A DNA stretch of 64,000 nucleotides from Octopus vulgaris (GCA_951406725.2 OX597815.1:125984001-126048000), one strand, 5' to 3'; numbered from the stretch's first letter, positions 14,300-28,994 are shown. Numbers and translations: made by a program. The notes: generated by a model not told the origin, from the letters alone.

Positions 14300-14660
14300 C
14301 CCCAACTACCATCACTTCTCTGCCTAACTGTTGACAATATTCCATCAGTATAACCTTATAAATTTTTATTGCCATCCTTATATGCTCTTAACATGCATAC
14401 ATCTATGCCTACATACACACGCATACATATTATTCTTATGACAGCCTGTCTATTATTCTGTATATAAGATGCACACACAATCACACATGTTAACATATTA
14501 ATAAATTTTCTCTTAAAAATTCTACAAAGTTGCGTCTCTCTTTTTCCCTCATGCACATATATGCATTATTCTATTTATATTTATTGTATCGACCGTGTGA
14601 TGTACTAAGGAGCCATTCTCACCATCTCACCTTGCATGGACATTACAAATTGGTGACCCG
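14300..14660 (+). mobile_element. Gypsy-type LTR 3' part plus primer-binding site
   Basis: 14400-14647 is homologous to the 3' part of the solo LTR at 26609-27665. It ends ...TTACA (14647), followed by TGGTGACCCG (14651-60), which is complementary to a tRNA-Trp 3' end. The 5' boundary is approximate. Confidence 0.65.
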
Positions 14661-17151
14661 TTCCAGATCCTTGAAACTACAAAAATAATTATGAGAGGAG
14701 ATACTCCACAGGTATCACAAACCTTCCATTTCATTATAGGACATTTTCTGCGAGGAACTGAAAGCTGGAGAATTCAAACATAGTACATATCACTGTGAGT
14801 GTGTGTGTACCCCTTCTACTTTTATACTCTCTCTCCTTTTCTTTCTCCTCCTCATGAGTTTCCTCTCTCAACACACTCCTTCCATTTACTCTATTGTTTA
14901 TTTATCAGGTCATTCAATTTAAGATAAGAAACCATTTGCCTTTTCCCACTTTCTAGTTATCAGTTTATTTCTGTGCATTGCCCCTTTCACTTTAGATGCC
15001 TTGTTCTAGTAGCAGTCACACATACACACACACACAGTGTATGACCAAATGAATGTGACTATCCTTGGTTTGCTCTCTTGAGCAGAGAAGATTGGCAAGG
15101 TAGTAAGGCATGAAATTGAATTATTATTATTTGTCACAATGAACTTTGTCTGATCCAGGCAAGCAGAGAAAAGCAGTTGTTAAAACAACAACAACGGCGA
15201 TGATGACAATGATGATGACGATGACAATGATGATGACGATGACAATGATCCTCTTCACACATTGCTTTGGTCAATTTCTTTTAGTTTCTTCATAGAGCAA
15301 ACTAAGAGCTACTTTGCTGTATATCCTTAGCACATATCTTCATCATTTCGAAATGCAGAGCAATGCTTCTACAGTTTGTTCCTTCTGAACAATTCAAAGA
15401 AATTTTGATGTGTCTGTAGATCAATAAATCATTGTGTGAGACATCATCTGTGTTCACATCAGTCTTTATTATTCTTCAGTAATCAGAGTCAGATATGAAC
15501 ACAGATTTGACAACAATGCTTTTGCAGATTTTGATTACCATGTGTGAGGCGTTTGACTGGCTCCTGTGCTGGTAGCACATAAAAAATACCCTCCGAATGA
15601 GGCCGATGCCAGTACCCCTGACTGGCTCTCATGCCGGTAGCATGTAAAAGGCACCCACTACACTCTCAGAGTGGTTGGCATTAGGAAGGGCATCCAACTG
15701 TAGAAACATTGCCATATCAGATTGGAGCCTGGTGCAGCTGCTGGCTCTCCAGACCTCAGTCAAACCATCAAACCCATTCCAGCATAAAAAAAACAGACGT
15801 TAAATGATAATGAGGAGAAGGAGGCTGAACTGTACAGACTCCCAAATGGGAAGGAATCATTCAAATAATCTTCTAGCTTCGTTTAGTTGAAACTGTGTCT
15901 TTCATACTCCGTGACTTTTCATAACTCGAGTCTTATGCTTGTTTATGTAAAATGCCTAATCTACAAAATACACATACAAAGTTTGCTAGTCTTCATTTGA
16001 TTGTATGCACTTATAAGACAACTGATAAGTTATCAACAATCTTTATCCTTAGATAATAGTCTATTAAATCCCTTGAAATCAACCTGTTAGTGTTTAAAAA
16101 AATACCCACATCAGTTATGATAATGAAGAGTAAGCTAGTACAGATTTGCTTAACAATTTCTTTTTTATATTTGTTGTGAGTGGAACAATGCTCATGGTTA
16201 TTGCCAAATAGGATTTCATTCACAAGCCTAACTACTTCTGATAGGTCAAGTATATATGTCACCGAGGACAGTAAAAAACTGGTGAAACTTTGATTAATAA
16301 ACTAATTTGAAGGCTAAAAGGTCCATGTTGGATATATTGCAAAGTATTATTGAATAGTCATTCTGAGGCAGTGATTAGGCAACCTAACAGATGCATGAAA
16401 AATTATGGTCTGGAAGAGATGAGGTTAAGAAGTCAGGAAAAAAGAGAGCAAGGGTGTTTGAAGAATATCAGAATGCAGGAACACCCTTCCCATGCACATT
16501 TTCCCAGCAAACATCAACTTACAGGATGTTCAAGCTGAACATGAATCTTACCAATTTCAAGAGGTCTGTAAAGATCATGAGGGCAACTATTGGTTAAACC
16601 ATAAAGAAGAACAACATTATCAAATGAGGAGAATTTGACAGGGAATTGGCTGTTATTCTACAGTTTCTTTGTTGGCTCATTGGAGATCAGTTGCCATGTT
16701 GTGTGTTTGTGTTGTTTAACCTCTGGTGAAGCTTGATCAAGGAGACCTACTTTCTGACAGCTGGTCTTGTTTTTACAGGCATAGTTTATCTAGAATTTTT
16801 TTTCCATTTTCAAGGTTGCAGTCCATAATTAAAGAAAGCCCTCTCTGAACCTATGATCAAATACTTTCTATCCACGACCATCCTGTCTTGGTTAGTATTC
16901 TTGCAGATCAAATGACTATGTAGATGCTCTCTTATTGGCTTACCTATGTTTTCACTGTTTTTGTTTGTTTTTTTCAACAGAAAGACATTCTTCACAGTCA
17001 TATTGTTATCACTAAACACAGATTTCAGCTTGGAGGACCAAGAAGCTACTAGAGTTTAATCCTCTTGATATCAACCTGGTCAAAACTGCTCCTAGTTTTA
17101 TGATACAAAGTTCCCATTTTTCAGTTATCTAAATTAAAACCTTCCATCAAA

Positions 17152-17395
17152 GTATTCTTTTTTCTTTTATTCTTTTATTTGTTTCACTCATTTGACTGTG
17201 GCCATGCTGGAGCACTGCCTTTAGTCGAGCAAATCGACCCCAGGACTTATTCTTTGTAAGCCTAGTATTTATTCTATTGGTCATTGTTGCCGAACCGCTA
17301 AGTTACGGGATGTAAACACACCAGCATCGGTTGTCAAGTGATGTTGTGTGTATGTGTGTGTGTGTGTGAGGGGACAAACACAGACACACAAACAT

Positions 17396-17444
<49 letters not shown>

Positions 17445-17613
17445 TATACGATGGGCTTCTTTCAGTTTCCGTCTACCAAATCCACTCACAAGGCTTTGGT
17501 CGGCCCAAGGCTATAGTAGAAGACACTTGCCCAAGGTGCCATGCAGTGGGACTGAACCCGGAACCATGTGGTTGGTAAGCAAGCTACTTTACCACACAGC
17601 CACTCCTACGCCT
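17152..17613 (-). mobile_element. tRNA-derived composite SINE, family B
   Basis: Head ggcgtaggagtggctgtgtggtaa...ggttcagtccc, body gcaccttgggcaagtgtc...ggatttggtagacggaaactgaaagaagccc, internal (TA)n(TG)n, tail ...gaaacaaataaaagaataaaag. Copies at 19147-19525(+), 20850-21225(+), 24385-25155(+), 35420-35825(+), 63095-63390(-), partials at about 5630, 50225, 52470. Confidence 0.85.
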
Positions 17614-20600
17614 GTTAAATTTTATTCCGATATCAGTTACTTAGCTAAATGCCTAATTGTTTTCAAAATTAATTGAAACAAAGGCATTGCATCTCAACAG
17701 AAATATGATAACAAAAAGGTAGAGTAATTGGTGAAATCACTGCAGCTTGTAAGTCACAGAGTCAAATCTAATCATTCATAAGGTGTCATTGAACTGCAGC
17801 CATGCTAGGTCAACAACATCTTCAAGGTTTTAGTCAACCATATTGACCCCAGTGATTACTTCAGCCTAGCACTTATATTATTGATGTCTATTTGTTGAAC
17901 CACTAAGTTATATAATGCAAAGTAACACAACATAAACAACAATAGCAGATACAGGCACACGCACAACATGCTTTTGCACATTTTATGTCTATCAAATTCC
18001 ACTCATAAGCTATGGGTCACCTTAAGGTTGTAGAAGATACTTGCTGAAAAAGCTGCACAATCTTCCATGAAAACATGTTTGGCCATGGGAAATATTATCT
18101 TGCTTGGAAACAGGTGAAGGTTGGCAACAGGAAAAGCATCTGGCTGTAGAAAATCGACTTCGCAAATTCCTTCTCACCCATGTGAACATAGAAAAGTGGA
18201 CATTAAGACAATGATGACGGCTGTTAGGCCTATGTATGAATGTATATACACAAAGGCCTAAGTAGTTAGTAATATTTTCAACTGAACAACACTTAAATAC
18301 TAGTATGGCACTAAGTTGATAGAAATTATAATCCATGCCTTAAGACATTAAATTTCATCTCTACATTCTAGCTATGAAACTTATCATGGTCAGTTTTGCT
18401 TCTCATTTCTTCAGGACTGGCAAGCTTTGTAAAAATATAATCTGGAATCATTTCTTCAACTGACTATAACCTTTGCCCTCTAAAGAGCAGTTTTGTACCA
18501 GGTGAATGAACACAAATGAATGTTAGAAGCAATTACTTTACAAAAGCACCATTCTGGCCACCTAATAACAGTTTTGTGTTTCACTAAATGACTACAACAG
18601 CTTTTCCACATGGTTTCATTTGCGAAACGAGTACTACTACTAATTGTCACAACACACCATTACAACTGTTACTACAAGAAAGTAATAATACTACCTGTGA
18701 AAACTTATTAATAAATGAAAGTAAATTTCCTTGACAGAAGGTGTTTAGTAAGAATGCCTCCATAGCATCATTGTTGTTTCTCACTGACACATTGATCGTA
18801 TAAATGTTGAGAAACTTTCAAAGCATTGTCATTTTAATGTCCATGCTTGCAATAGTCAGGCAGAATACAATGAGGCAAGTTTTCTATGGTTGGATGCCAT
18901 TCCTATTGCCTAGGCTAACCTGTCTCCTACTGCAGTAATAGTTCCTCATGACTGCACACATTTTTATAGAAAAATACCACTTGTATAACATTACACTTAT
19001 CACATGATATCAAGAGAAGGAAACACATACATATAAACACACATACAAATACATATAAATACCCATAGATGTACATGCAAAAATGCAAATACACACTTAC
19101 ATACATCATCATCACCACATACATATATGTGTAAATATATACATATGTGGCTGTGTGGTAAGAAGCTTGCTTCCCACATGGTTCAGGTTCAGTCCCACTG
19201 CGTGGCACCTTGGGCAAGTGTCTTCTACTATAGCCTTGGGCCAACCAAAGCTTTGAGTGGATTTGGTAGATGGAAACTGAAAGAAGCCTGTTGTATGTAT
19301 ATATATATTTGTGTGTGTGAGTGTCTGTGTTGGCTCCCCCACCCCATCGCTTGACAACCGATGTTGGTGTGTTTACATCCCTGCACCTTAGCAGTTCAGC
19401 AAAAGGGACCAATAGAATAAGTACTAGGCTTACAAAGTGTAAGTTCTGGAGTCGATTTGTTCAACTAAAGGTGGTGCTCCAGCATGGCCACAGTCAAATA
19501 ACTGAAACAAGTAAAAAGGAGTAAAAAAAAAGAGAGAATACAACAGGCTTCTTTTAGTATCATCATCATCATTTAACGTCCATTGTCCATGCTGGCATGG
19601 GTTGAACGGTTTGAGCAACCACTTTACAGAGTGTGTTGGGTGTTTTTGTGGCATTGCATGGAACCACATTTGATGTGGAACCACATGGGCACTTTTACAT
19701 TGCATTACATGGGTGCTTTTATATTGTACTGCATGGTTGCTTTTACATGGCTCTGCACGGATGTTTTTATGTGGCACTGCCAAGAATGCTCTACACCACT
19801 CCAGAGGGACCAGTTTTAACACTTTTGCTGTGGAATATGGGTCTTCTTGAGTACAGCAAAGCACCAGGCATTTCAGTCTGAAAGGTTCAGCATCCTGAGG
19901 TCATTCTACAGTACTTATCCCAAACCTATCAAACGTACTCACAATGTTTAGCTTGGCCCAGGGCTATAAAAAAAAGACATTTATCCAAGGTGCTATGTAT
20001 AAGGACTGAGCCCAAAGCCACATGGCAAAGAAGTAAACTTCTTAACCATACAGCTGTGCTTTTCAGATATATATTTTTAATGAATTTACTCAGAGGTGGA
20101 AAGACAGCACTCATAACACTTTCAGGACTTTCAAGACTGGTTGAAGGTCAAAAGTGTTATTCTTAGAACAAAGAACTGTTTTGAATGTTTGCAGCAAATA
20201 CACTCAGAGGTCAGAAGGCAATGGATTAAGTCTACCAGCCAATAGTATCCAGAGAGGTGGGGGAGGGGGCGACAGATAGACAGACAAACATTATAACATA
20301 AATGAAGAACACAAGTAGAAATTTTGCCTAAAATAAAAAGATTAAAAACAGAGGAAAAAAATTATTCAGATTCTAAAGTCATAGTTCATATATTCTACAT
20401 AAAGTTCACTCAATGAAGAGAAATGCAAACAAGATATAGAATATGTACATAAGGCATATGGAGTTGAATCTGTTATTGTAGGAAAACATACACTGGATAC
20501 AGAGTTAAGGCCATCATCATCGCCATCATTTAACATTCGTTTTCCATGCTGGCATGGGTTGGATGGTTAGACAGGAACTGGCAAGGTCAGGGTTCACATC

Positions 20601-22840
20601 AGGTTCCATATTCAGTTTCAGCTTGGTTTCCTAATGCCAACCAGATTACAGGTATACTGGGTACTTTTTATATGGCACCATCACCAATGTTTTCCATGTG
20701 GGACCTTAATCTCCAAAGGGTTTGCAAAGAAAACAAATGGATTCTTAACTTCGAATATGAAAGGGATAAAACTATACACCGTTAGACATTTAGTTCATTT
20801 GCTCTACAACGTGTACCATTTAACCAGACAAATATTAATTTCTAATGAAGCTTCCTTTCCAACCACAAGGTTTTGGATTCACTCCCTCTGTGTGGCACCT
20901 TGGGCAAGTGTCTTCTAATATAGCCTCGGGCTGACCAAAACCTTGGGAGTGGATTTGGTAGATGGAAATTGAAAGAAGCTCATTGTATATGCATATGTAC
21001 ATATCTGTGTGTGTGTCTTTATGTATGTGTTTGTACTCCAGTCCCCACTTGACAACTAGTGTGAGTGTGTATGTCTCTGTAAATTAGCAGAGATTGACAG
21101 AATAAGTACCAAATAATAAAAAAAAAGAAAGTATTGGGGTCAATTTATTTCATTAAAATTCTGCAAGGCAGTGCCCCACCATGGCCTCAGTCTAATGACT
21201 GAGCCAAGTAAAAGATAAAATAACACAAGACCACAAATATAAGATAGGAAGTGGGGACTGTCTTAACTGCATTATAGAAGCCTTGGGCAAAGTTCTGTTG
21301 TCCCTACATACACAAACACAGTATACATAGATTAGCATAAGGTCCCTACACCTGTTGGACATCCAGGCAATTACCAAGTGTGCCTATGCTTAAAGACAAC
21401 ATGGGTAGGTATATAGCTGATATTACATGGATTCCAAATGTTGACTGTAATCATTATTATTATGGCTGTGAGCCGGCAGAATCATTATTACGTTGGACAA
21501 AACACTTAGCAAATTCTGCTGAGATCGACTTTGCCTTTCATTTCGCTGGGGAAGATGAAATAAACACCAGTCAAGTACTGTGATTAATGTAATTGACTAA
21601 ACCCCACTCCCCTAAAATTTCAGGCTTTGTGCCTATAGTAGAAAATATTATTATTGTTATTAGATCCCACCCAGATCACTTTTTCTTTCATCCTACCAGG
21701 TCGATAAAATAAGGTACTAATCAAAGCATGGGGTCAATGACATCAATTAGACCCCCTCCCTTCAAAACTGCTCGTCTCGTGCTTAAATCAGAAGCCATTA
21801 TAATTATATCGCAACTGGTGAATAATAGCGTCGTTGACGAACAAATTATTGATTCAATTCATTTCTAATGGTGAGCGGCAAGGGAGTGTCTGTAACTTGG
21901 CGCAGAACAAGTATCGCAAGGAACTTGGTACTGTAGAAAGAAATCTAACTTGAAAGTGAAATTTTTTAATCTCACAACCTTGACCAGAATACATGAAAGA
22001 CAAACAGTCCTTATAAAAAATGAAGAAACACACATTTCTAGCTTACAGCGGGAAAAAATATGCACTCTATGTTTCTTTTAATTAAATGCACAGATCCTGT
22101 AATCTTAGGATAAGAAGTGGTGACCTTCACACCTTTCTTGGTGGCATTAGTGTTGAAAATTAATTTCAGATAAAAATCGGAACAAGTCAACAGAATCGAC
22201 TCGTACAGAGCTTACATTTTTCAACACTAGTGTTAAATTTAGGCAAATGAATTAACATACCAGTTCGCACCGTTTCACATTGTCTATCGATCATTGTATT
22301 GTTGTTAGAAATCAAAACAAGAAGCATCAGGTTTTTATTTCGGTATTTATCGTGTTTAATAGATATTCGAGATGTACCAGACGATAATAACTCTGCATGT
22401 TTTCAAACAACAATTCTTTAACAATAAACACTGGATATACAGAAAAGTAAATAATCTGTAACGCTACGCCCAGTAAATATGTGAGGGACCTAATTATAAA
22501 TAGAGAAGGAAATTTATTGGACTTTTATAGATAGTTTGGAATTCTTAATGAATAACTGTATTAATACAGGGGCGTTTAAAGAAAACAAAGTAGGTGACGA
22601 AATTTTGAAAAAGGTTTTTTTTTTCTTTTTCACTGAATACGATACCAGCTTATCATTACTGTTAATAAAAATATACGAAATAACTGAAGCTGAAGCATGT
22701 AGGATTAGAAACAAATTCTAAATTATAATTAGAACAAATAGCGTGTCATTGTAAATTCTGATGATTTTAAGGAAAATATGAAAAAACATGCTGCAGACGT
22801 GGCTCTAAGTTTGCAACCTATAGAAACGACTGCACGTTAC

Positions 22841-22939
22841 CTTCAGCAAGTCCAGTGGATGGGTACAACATGCTGCTAGAGCACTAGCAACCCCGCCGAA
22901 ATACCAACGGCCGACACGTTTAGTTTTATCAACTTGCAT
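22841..22939 (-). CDS. SLC25A10: Mitochondrial dicarboxylate carrier, coding exon 1
   Basis: Minus strand reads MQVDKTKRVGRWYFGGVASALAACCTHPLDLLK (99 nt), followed by donor AAG|GTAACG. RWYFGG..S..AAC.THPLDLLK is the DIC/SLC25A10 N-terminus with the carrier signature Px[DE]xx[KR]. It joins in phase 0 to exon 2. Confidence 0.95.
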
Positions 22940-23300
22940 ATTTCTCTATTATAAGTCTCCAGCCCTTCGATGTTATGAAGAAGTTGTCTTAGTTTTCTGT
23001 TGTGTAATATGCTCTCAGCTGTTCGTACCCGCGAAAGTAAATGTTGTTGTCTTTAAAACAAGGGAGAAAAGTTGCAATGCACAAATCAGGTCCTGGCGTG
23101 GTAGTCAAACATTTAGAGTTGCTTCCCTTCACTACATGCGCTTATTAAATTCGTCTTGCTTTCAGTTTTATCTTATACCAACGAAGAATATATGTAGACT
23201 AATTTATTATAATTTTTTAGGTCAGAATTAAATAGTGGAAATAATTTGAGGAAGACAAAGGGGTATTCAGATTAGTATACATGCGCGTTCAATGTGTGTT
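22940..23300 (-). promoter_or_regulatory. Probable 5' UTR/promoter of SLC25A10
   Basis: Directly upstream of the ATG. Unique sequence that retains CpG, unlike the CpG-poor intron. The TSS cannot be located from sequence. Confidence 0.5.
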
Positions 23301-24584
23301 TTTATTGTAATTTGATTGCATATTCTTTATGGGCAATGATAAATGCAAAGAGATACATTAACTTACTATAGTAGTAGTAATAAAATCTGGTTAACATTAA
23401 TAAAGGAAGTTACTGAGATCATAACTATTGTTAATGGCATTGCGATTAATTTTAGATATGTTGAAGTTATATCAATTACTTCGATGTCAATTGTTATATG
23501 GGTATGTATGTTAAAGTCAGAAATACTCGGGTTTTATTGTATTACTTTGTTGTTAATAAATATGTCACCGTTGGCGATGGCGTGATTTGTTTGTTGTCGA
23601 GAATATTTCCTGGGCATATCTACACAAATGTGCCCGTCTCCCACCCAATTTGTTTCTTCGTAACTTTAAGGGAAAATATTATTTCTCAATGGAATGTTTT
23701 ACGTTTTAGACAGTGTAGAGACTACGATTATATCAAAATTTAATGTGGGAGAAAAAAAGTGAGCGCATGCCTATATAATGACATGCATCATATAGATATC
23801 GACAAAATAAACTTTGAAATATTGAAAAAAATATCTGATGTGTATCAGTATGTATGTGTACGCACTCACCATCACACACACACATATTAAGTTTCGATAT
23901 AATGGTAATCTACACCATGCCACTTTTCAATTTCTTCAATATCTATTCGAATTCATTTAATAGCTTTTAAAGTTTGCAAATTTTGGTTAATTTTAGCCAG
24001 TCGAAAAGCACAGACATATAGGTGTCTGTTTCCATAGTAACATGCCAAGCTGTTACCAAGCTGCTTACCCACGTGCTCATTTTCTGCTTATCTAAATACT
24101 TAAATTTCGTTTGGGGATTTGGTTTGCAAGATTCTTTATGTGAGTTCATGTGTTGAAGCATATTATAAGGCACAAAAAGAAAATGACTCTCTCCAGACAC
24201 AACTAAATACTTAAAATACATGAAGTATGACGTGGTCGTAAGATATGCTAGAAATAATAGCGAAATAGGCCTTCAATCACGTGACAATTTTCTTTTTAAT
24301 TTTTTTTTGGTGGTGATAGGGTTGCATAATTTTTTGAATGCCCGTGTGTGGAACACAAATTCACAAAAAATTTCTGAAAATTCGGACGCAGGAGTGGCTG
24401 TGTGATAAGTAGCTTGCTTACCAACCACATGGTTCCGGGTTGAGTCCCACTTGGGCAACTGTTCTCTACTATAGCCTCGGGCCGACCAAAGCCTTGTGAA
24501 TGGATTTGGTAGACGGAAACTGAAAGAAGCCTGTCGTATATATGTATGTGTATGTATATGTTTGTGTGTATGTGTTTGTCCACC

Positions 24585-25008
24585 CGGATCTTTCCCGTTT
24601 GAACGGCAGTTTTTTCTAGCGGCGTCATATGAAATTGTCACCCATAATTATGACCCTAGTATCGATCTATTGCATTTCAATCTGTTTTAGGGTTAGAGTT
24701 AGGGGTGGGGGGAAGGGTAGTATCTTTTTTTTCTTCAGAAATGTAAATAAATCCAATCCGTTTCTTAAACGAGGGACATATTCATATGGCACAGAAAGTT
24801 TTCACCTCAATAGACGTCATTGATTGATAGAAATTGCTGAAATCGAAGAAAAAAACAACAACAAATATCTTACAAACTATAGAATTTTCTCAATAAAGCC
24901 AAGAGAAAAAGATGTTTTATAAACACATTCTACCAGTATACAAAGTTTAAAAGTGTTTAGTTACGTGGAAATTATTTTTAAAAACTGCGTTCAAACCGAA
25001 AAGATCCG
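24585..25008. mobile_element. MITE with ~30-bp TIRs nested in a family B SINE
   Basis: TIRs cggatctttcccgtttgaacggcagttttt / aaaaactgcgttcaaaccgaaaagatccg, with CC on both sides (possible 2-bp TSD). The SINE sequence resumes exactly after it. Confidence 0.85.
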
Positions 25009-26608
25009 CCCCCCTCCCCACATCGCTTGACAACCGATGCTGGTGTGTTTACATCCCCGTAACTTAGCGGTTCGGCAAAAGAGACCGATAGAAGAAGTAC
25101 TAGGCTTACAAAGAATAAGTCCTGGGGTCGATTTGCTCGAAACAAGTAAAAGACTATATGACGTGTGCAAAGCAGAATTCCGCCAATATTTCATTTGTTT
25201 ATAGTTGACAACACATGTTGTCACGCACAAAATAGCAGCCTCTGACTAGGTAAAAAATGGCCAAACAGGCTGGTTGCTGACATATTTTTTTGTTCTGTAA
25301 GGATTTTATCTTATATATGCAGTTTTATTTGTTTTAATATTTCTTATCAGAAATTTTACTCTCCTTTACATTGGTAGTTTTTAAACAACCGTCTAAATGT
25401 CATTACAAAAGCTTTTCCTTCATCAAGAATCCTTCTTTCGTATCTAATAATTTCATTTCACAGCTGGTAAGAAAAAAAATCCTTGTCTACGATAGCGTTT
25501 TATCTATATTAGTTTTATCCGTTTTTCAACCCTAGCTGTTTTCACAATCACTCTTTCTAACCATTGTTAGTTTTCGCATCCCCTTTATTCTGTACTTTCT
25601 ATATAGTTCATTATATTTCCTTATAATTATCAATTGTTCTTACAGTTTACTTTCTAAAACATTACTACTTATATATTCTCTTGTTCTTCTTTTCCACCAT
25701 AGTTCGTTCTTTTTAGTGTTCTCTCTTGCATCGTTCCAATTCCTTTTATTTGCTTTGAAATTGTTTTTGTTATATTTCTGGTGATTGATGACTATTCATC
25801 TATTTGTAAATATTTAAGGTTTTCAAAATTTTTGAAACCTTAGCTTCCGCTCAATTCATTATCACTGTTCAAAAGTTTATCTCTTTCCTCAGGTGATTCC
25901 ATCTTTCCACCGTACAATGCTTGTTCTTCATCTCCGCTTTGTTTTATATCGCGTTCGTCTGCTCCATATCGAATGTCACTCTTAGTCTTAGTTCTTCGAG
26001 CATGATCTTTAAAAGAACTTTTGCAAAAGCCTAACAAGGTTATTTTTGAGTACCACAGGAAGGAATCCTCCTTCTCAAAATTGAGTATTAGTGGTTCAAA
26101 TGAATCTTAAATTCGAAATTAAGTCTTTTTTTATATATCGTTATGAATATAAGGCGACAAGTATAATTGAACAGTTGTCTAATTTCAAGTTACCTCAGTA
26201 TGGTCAACTGATCAACTGGTGAACTTTTGCTAATGTTTTATTTCTTGTGCACAAGAATAACCAGATAACTGTGTATTTATAGAAAGAAGCTGTAAGTCCC
26301 CAAGCTAATGAAATTAACTTTTCTGGAGGTTTTTTAAAATCTACAACACTTCTTATATGTTTCTTATAAAAGCCAGCTTCTCTTGTGATGCTTGATTCAA
26401 TATTCTGTCTTACTAAATCAACAGCTCAGGTCAAAGACATTTTAAATATTCAAATATTCTTTTCTACTCTAGGCACAAGGCCCGAAATTTGGGGGGATGG
26501 GGCCAGTCGATTAGATCGACCGGCGTGCTATCGTTTCTGCCATCTCGCCGCCTTGAGACATTTTAAATATTAAAAGGTTTTCGATGTGTTTGGGTTTGCT
26601 AAAAGACC

Positions 26609-27665
26609 TATAGCGTACCCTTAGTGAAATTCATTCTTTCTCTCTCTCTCCCTCTCTCTGACATATATAACATAAATACGGACGTTGCAGATAACAGCTA
26701 ACCTTCGGCCGCTTGGGCCCTGTTGTGTCCACTACTCTGATTGGTTGGTCTTGGCGCAGTTTGTCTCTTGCTGTATTACACGCCAATATGCAACCCAACC
26801 AATCGCAACCTTCTGATAAGGTCTCGTGACACAGTCTTCTAAATGGTCCGTTTGAGCCTATAATTTGCTATAAAACACAGCGATTCATCGAATCGAGCGT
26901 CTTTGGCTCTAGACCTTCTAAGGTCTAGTCACTGACCACAGAGCACTCAGCCAGTATCAGCGACAGTCAGTTCCAGCGACAGACAACACCACTAGCAGTA
27001 TTTCCGGACCTCTACCTACGTTGCCTTCATCTTAACGTTGCCTCCACCACCGTCGCCTTCATATTAACGACGCCAACAGCAACTTCTCCTAAGTTTAACT
27101 TCTCACTGTTTGTGAATACTTCACCATAGTTAACAGTAAGCTTAACCTGCGAGAACCTTCTGTACGAAGTAACCCGGCACAGCATAGAAGCCACAACCGC
27201 TTACGCGACATGTGTTCAACCGGCTCTGCCTTGTGACCTCAACTTCTTGTACAGAACTCCAACTATTGTGTATCTTACTATGAACTGGTATTTATCTTCA
27301 ACTTGTGTCTGAACTTCTAGCATCCTGTCATAGACTCTTTCTATTGCTCTGTATTTTATCTCACACGCATACGCCCTTGTTTGTACACACACATACACAT
27401 TATTGTATGCATGACGGCCTGTCTATTATTATTGTTATTATATATGTATTTATGATACACACACACACATACACACACTCTGCTACCCACATGTTAACAT
27501 CTAAAATAAATCTTTCACTTAACATTTACGATTGTGTCGTCTTCTCTTTTCGTTTCTAGCACTCATATTCATTTATCCATATTTTGGTTTTTATTGTAAG
27601 GCGACCGTGCGGTGTTTAAAGGAGTCATTCATTCGTCACCTCTCCTTTCGCACGGTCGTTCTACA
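26609..27665 (+). mobile_element. Solo LTR (Gypsy-like)
   Basis: Termini TATAG (probably decayed TGTAG)...CTACA, 4-bp TSD GACC (26605-08 and 27666-69). CCAAT and TATAAAA (26869) inside, AATAAA at about 27506, terminal hairpin gcgaccgtgc/gcacggtcgt. Confidence 0.75.
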
Positions 27666-27869
27666 GACCTTTCTGCTGTTAATATTGTTGTAGCTGTAAT
27701 TGTCAATAATATTCTCAAATTAACCAAAAACAATTTGAAAATGTCTCAAAGTTAATTACATTCAAAAGTTTGCAGTTCTATTTTCTAAAATCTGCTTAAA
27801 GAACATTTCTGCTGAAAATTCCCATCGTTAAGGTCAGTCGGATATTGATGTTCTCTCTTTCTGTCTGTC

Positions 27870-28994
27870 TCTCTCTTTCTTTGTGGAAAGGAGGAAAGCC
27901 GCCTGTGAAACGCTCCGTATGCTGTCAAGAACCGCTAAAGGGTGGGTTAGGGATGCCGCGGCTAATGATGTACAGGCATGTACTGAGGCTAAGGCATCTC
28001 TGGCTCTATCTGGATGATGGCCAGGTGTAGAATTCGCTTGCGGAGGAACTCTTTCCACGGCCGGCCTCATAGGAAGAATTCACACCCGATTGATTAAAAG
28101 ACGGTATACAACTGATGGCAAAGGGAGTTCTGACAGGCACTCGCACTAATCTACATAGCGGGAAAGGCCGGCAGCGGGAATACTACCTTGGTATTTTATA
28201 AAGGGATGGTAGAGTTTAAGAGCGATGACGTCCTAGGAGAAGCACTGGGACTCGATGAGAACCAGCTAGCCAACCTGTTTCAAAGATCTTTCAGGCCAGG
28301 GTATTTGGATAATTACCAAAAATCCCTGACCTGGCAGTGCTATAGGAACGCGTTATCTGTTAACGAAAAATTGTTCAGGCATGGAGTATCAGTGCCACCG
28401 GCGTGCCCAAGGTGTGGGCAGGACAATGAAACTGTCCTGCACACTCTTCTTGTTCAGTGCCCGGAGCTTTCGGGATTGATAATTTACGTAGTACACGTGT
28501 TGTCGCATCTGGGAAGAGTACAGCTATCAGCAGAGTCTGTGATTGTACCGCCAACTTGACTATCAAAAGAAGGTGAGGCATGTTTTTTTGTGTACGGTCG
28601 CAGTGTTGAAAGAGTGTGTATGGAGAACCAGAATGCAAGGATTCGTGACAAGATCTTTCATCTCTGGTCCTGGTCTACTGTATTACTTCAGATATCATCT
28701 GAAAAGCAAGATAGGGCTGAAGAGGAGACACTTGTCGCGAAGTATATACAAGAAAAGATGGAAGGATGTTACGAGGAAGTTGGGCGTGATTGTCCCTACT
28801 TAATCTCATCCATGGTAGAAGCAAGGTGTAGTCGCTGGACTTCACGGCCATAAGTCTATGGGAAAATGTTTAAAAATTATATATATACATCATTGAATTT
28901 TTAAAGTTATCATATGAACTCACATAGCATCATTTTTTGTAACGTCTTGTATTGTCCTTTTCTGTACATCGATAGTTATTATTATAATAAAAAA
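27870..28994 (+). mobile_element. L1/Tx1-clade LINE ORF2 3' fragment (5'-truncated, frameshifted)
   Basis: LWKG..P.V.R...C.....GGLGMP motif, and zinc knuckle CPRCGQDNETVLHTLLVQC. 3' UTR ends AATAAAAAA into (TC)n. Confidence 0.85.

Noticed and set aside
25840-26037. 65-aa charged ORF, possible transposase remnant
   Set aside because: No motif I can recognise and no convincing TIR/TSD pair.
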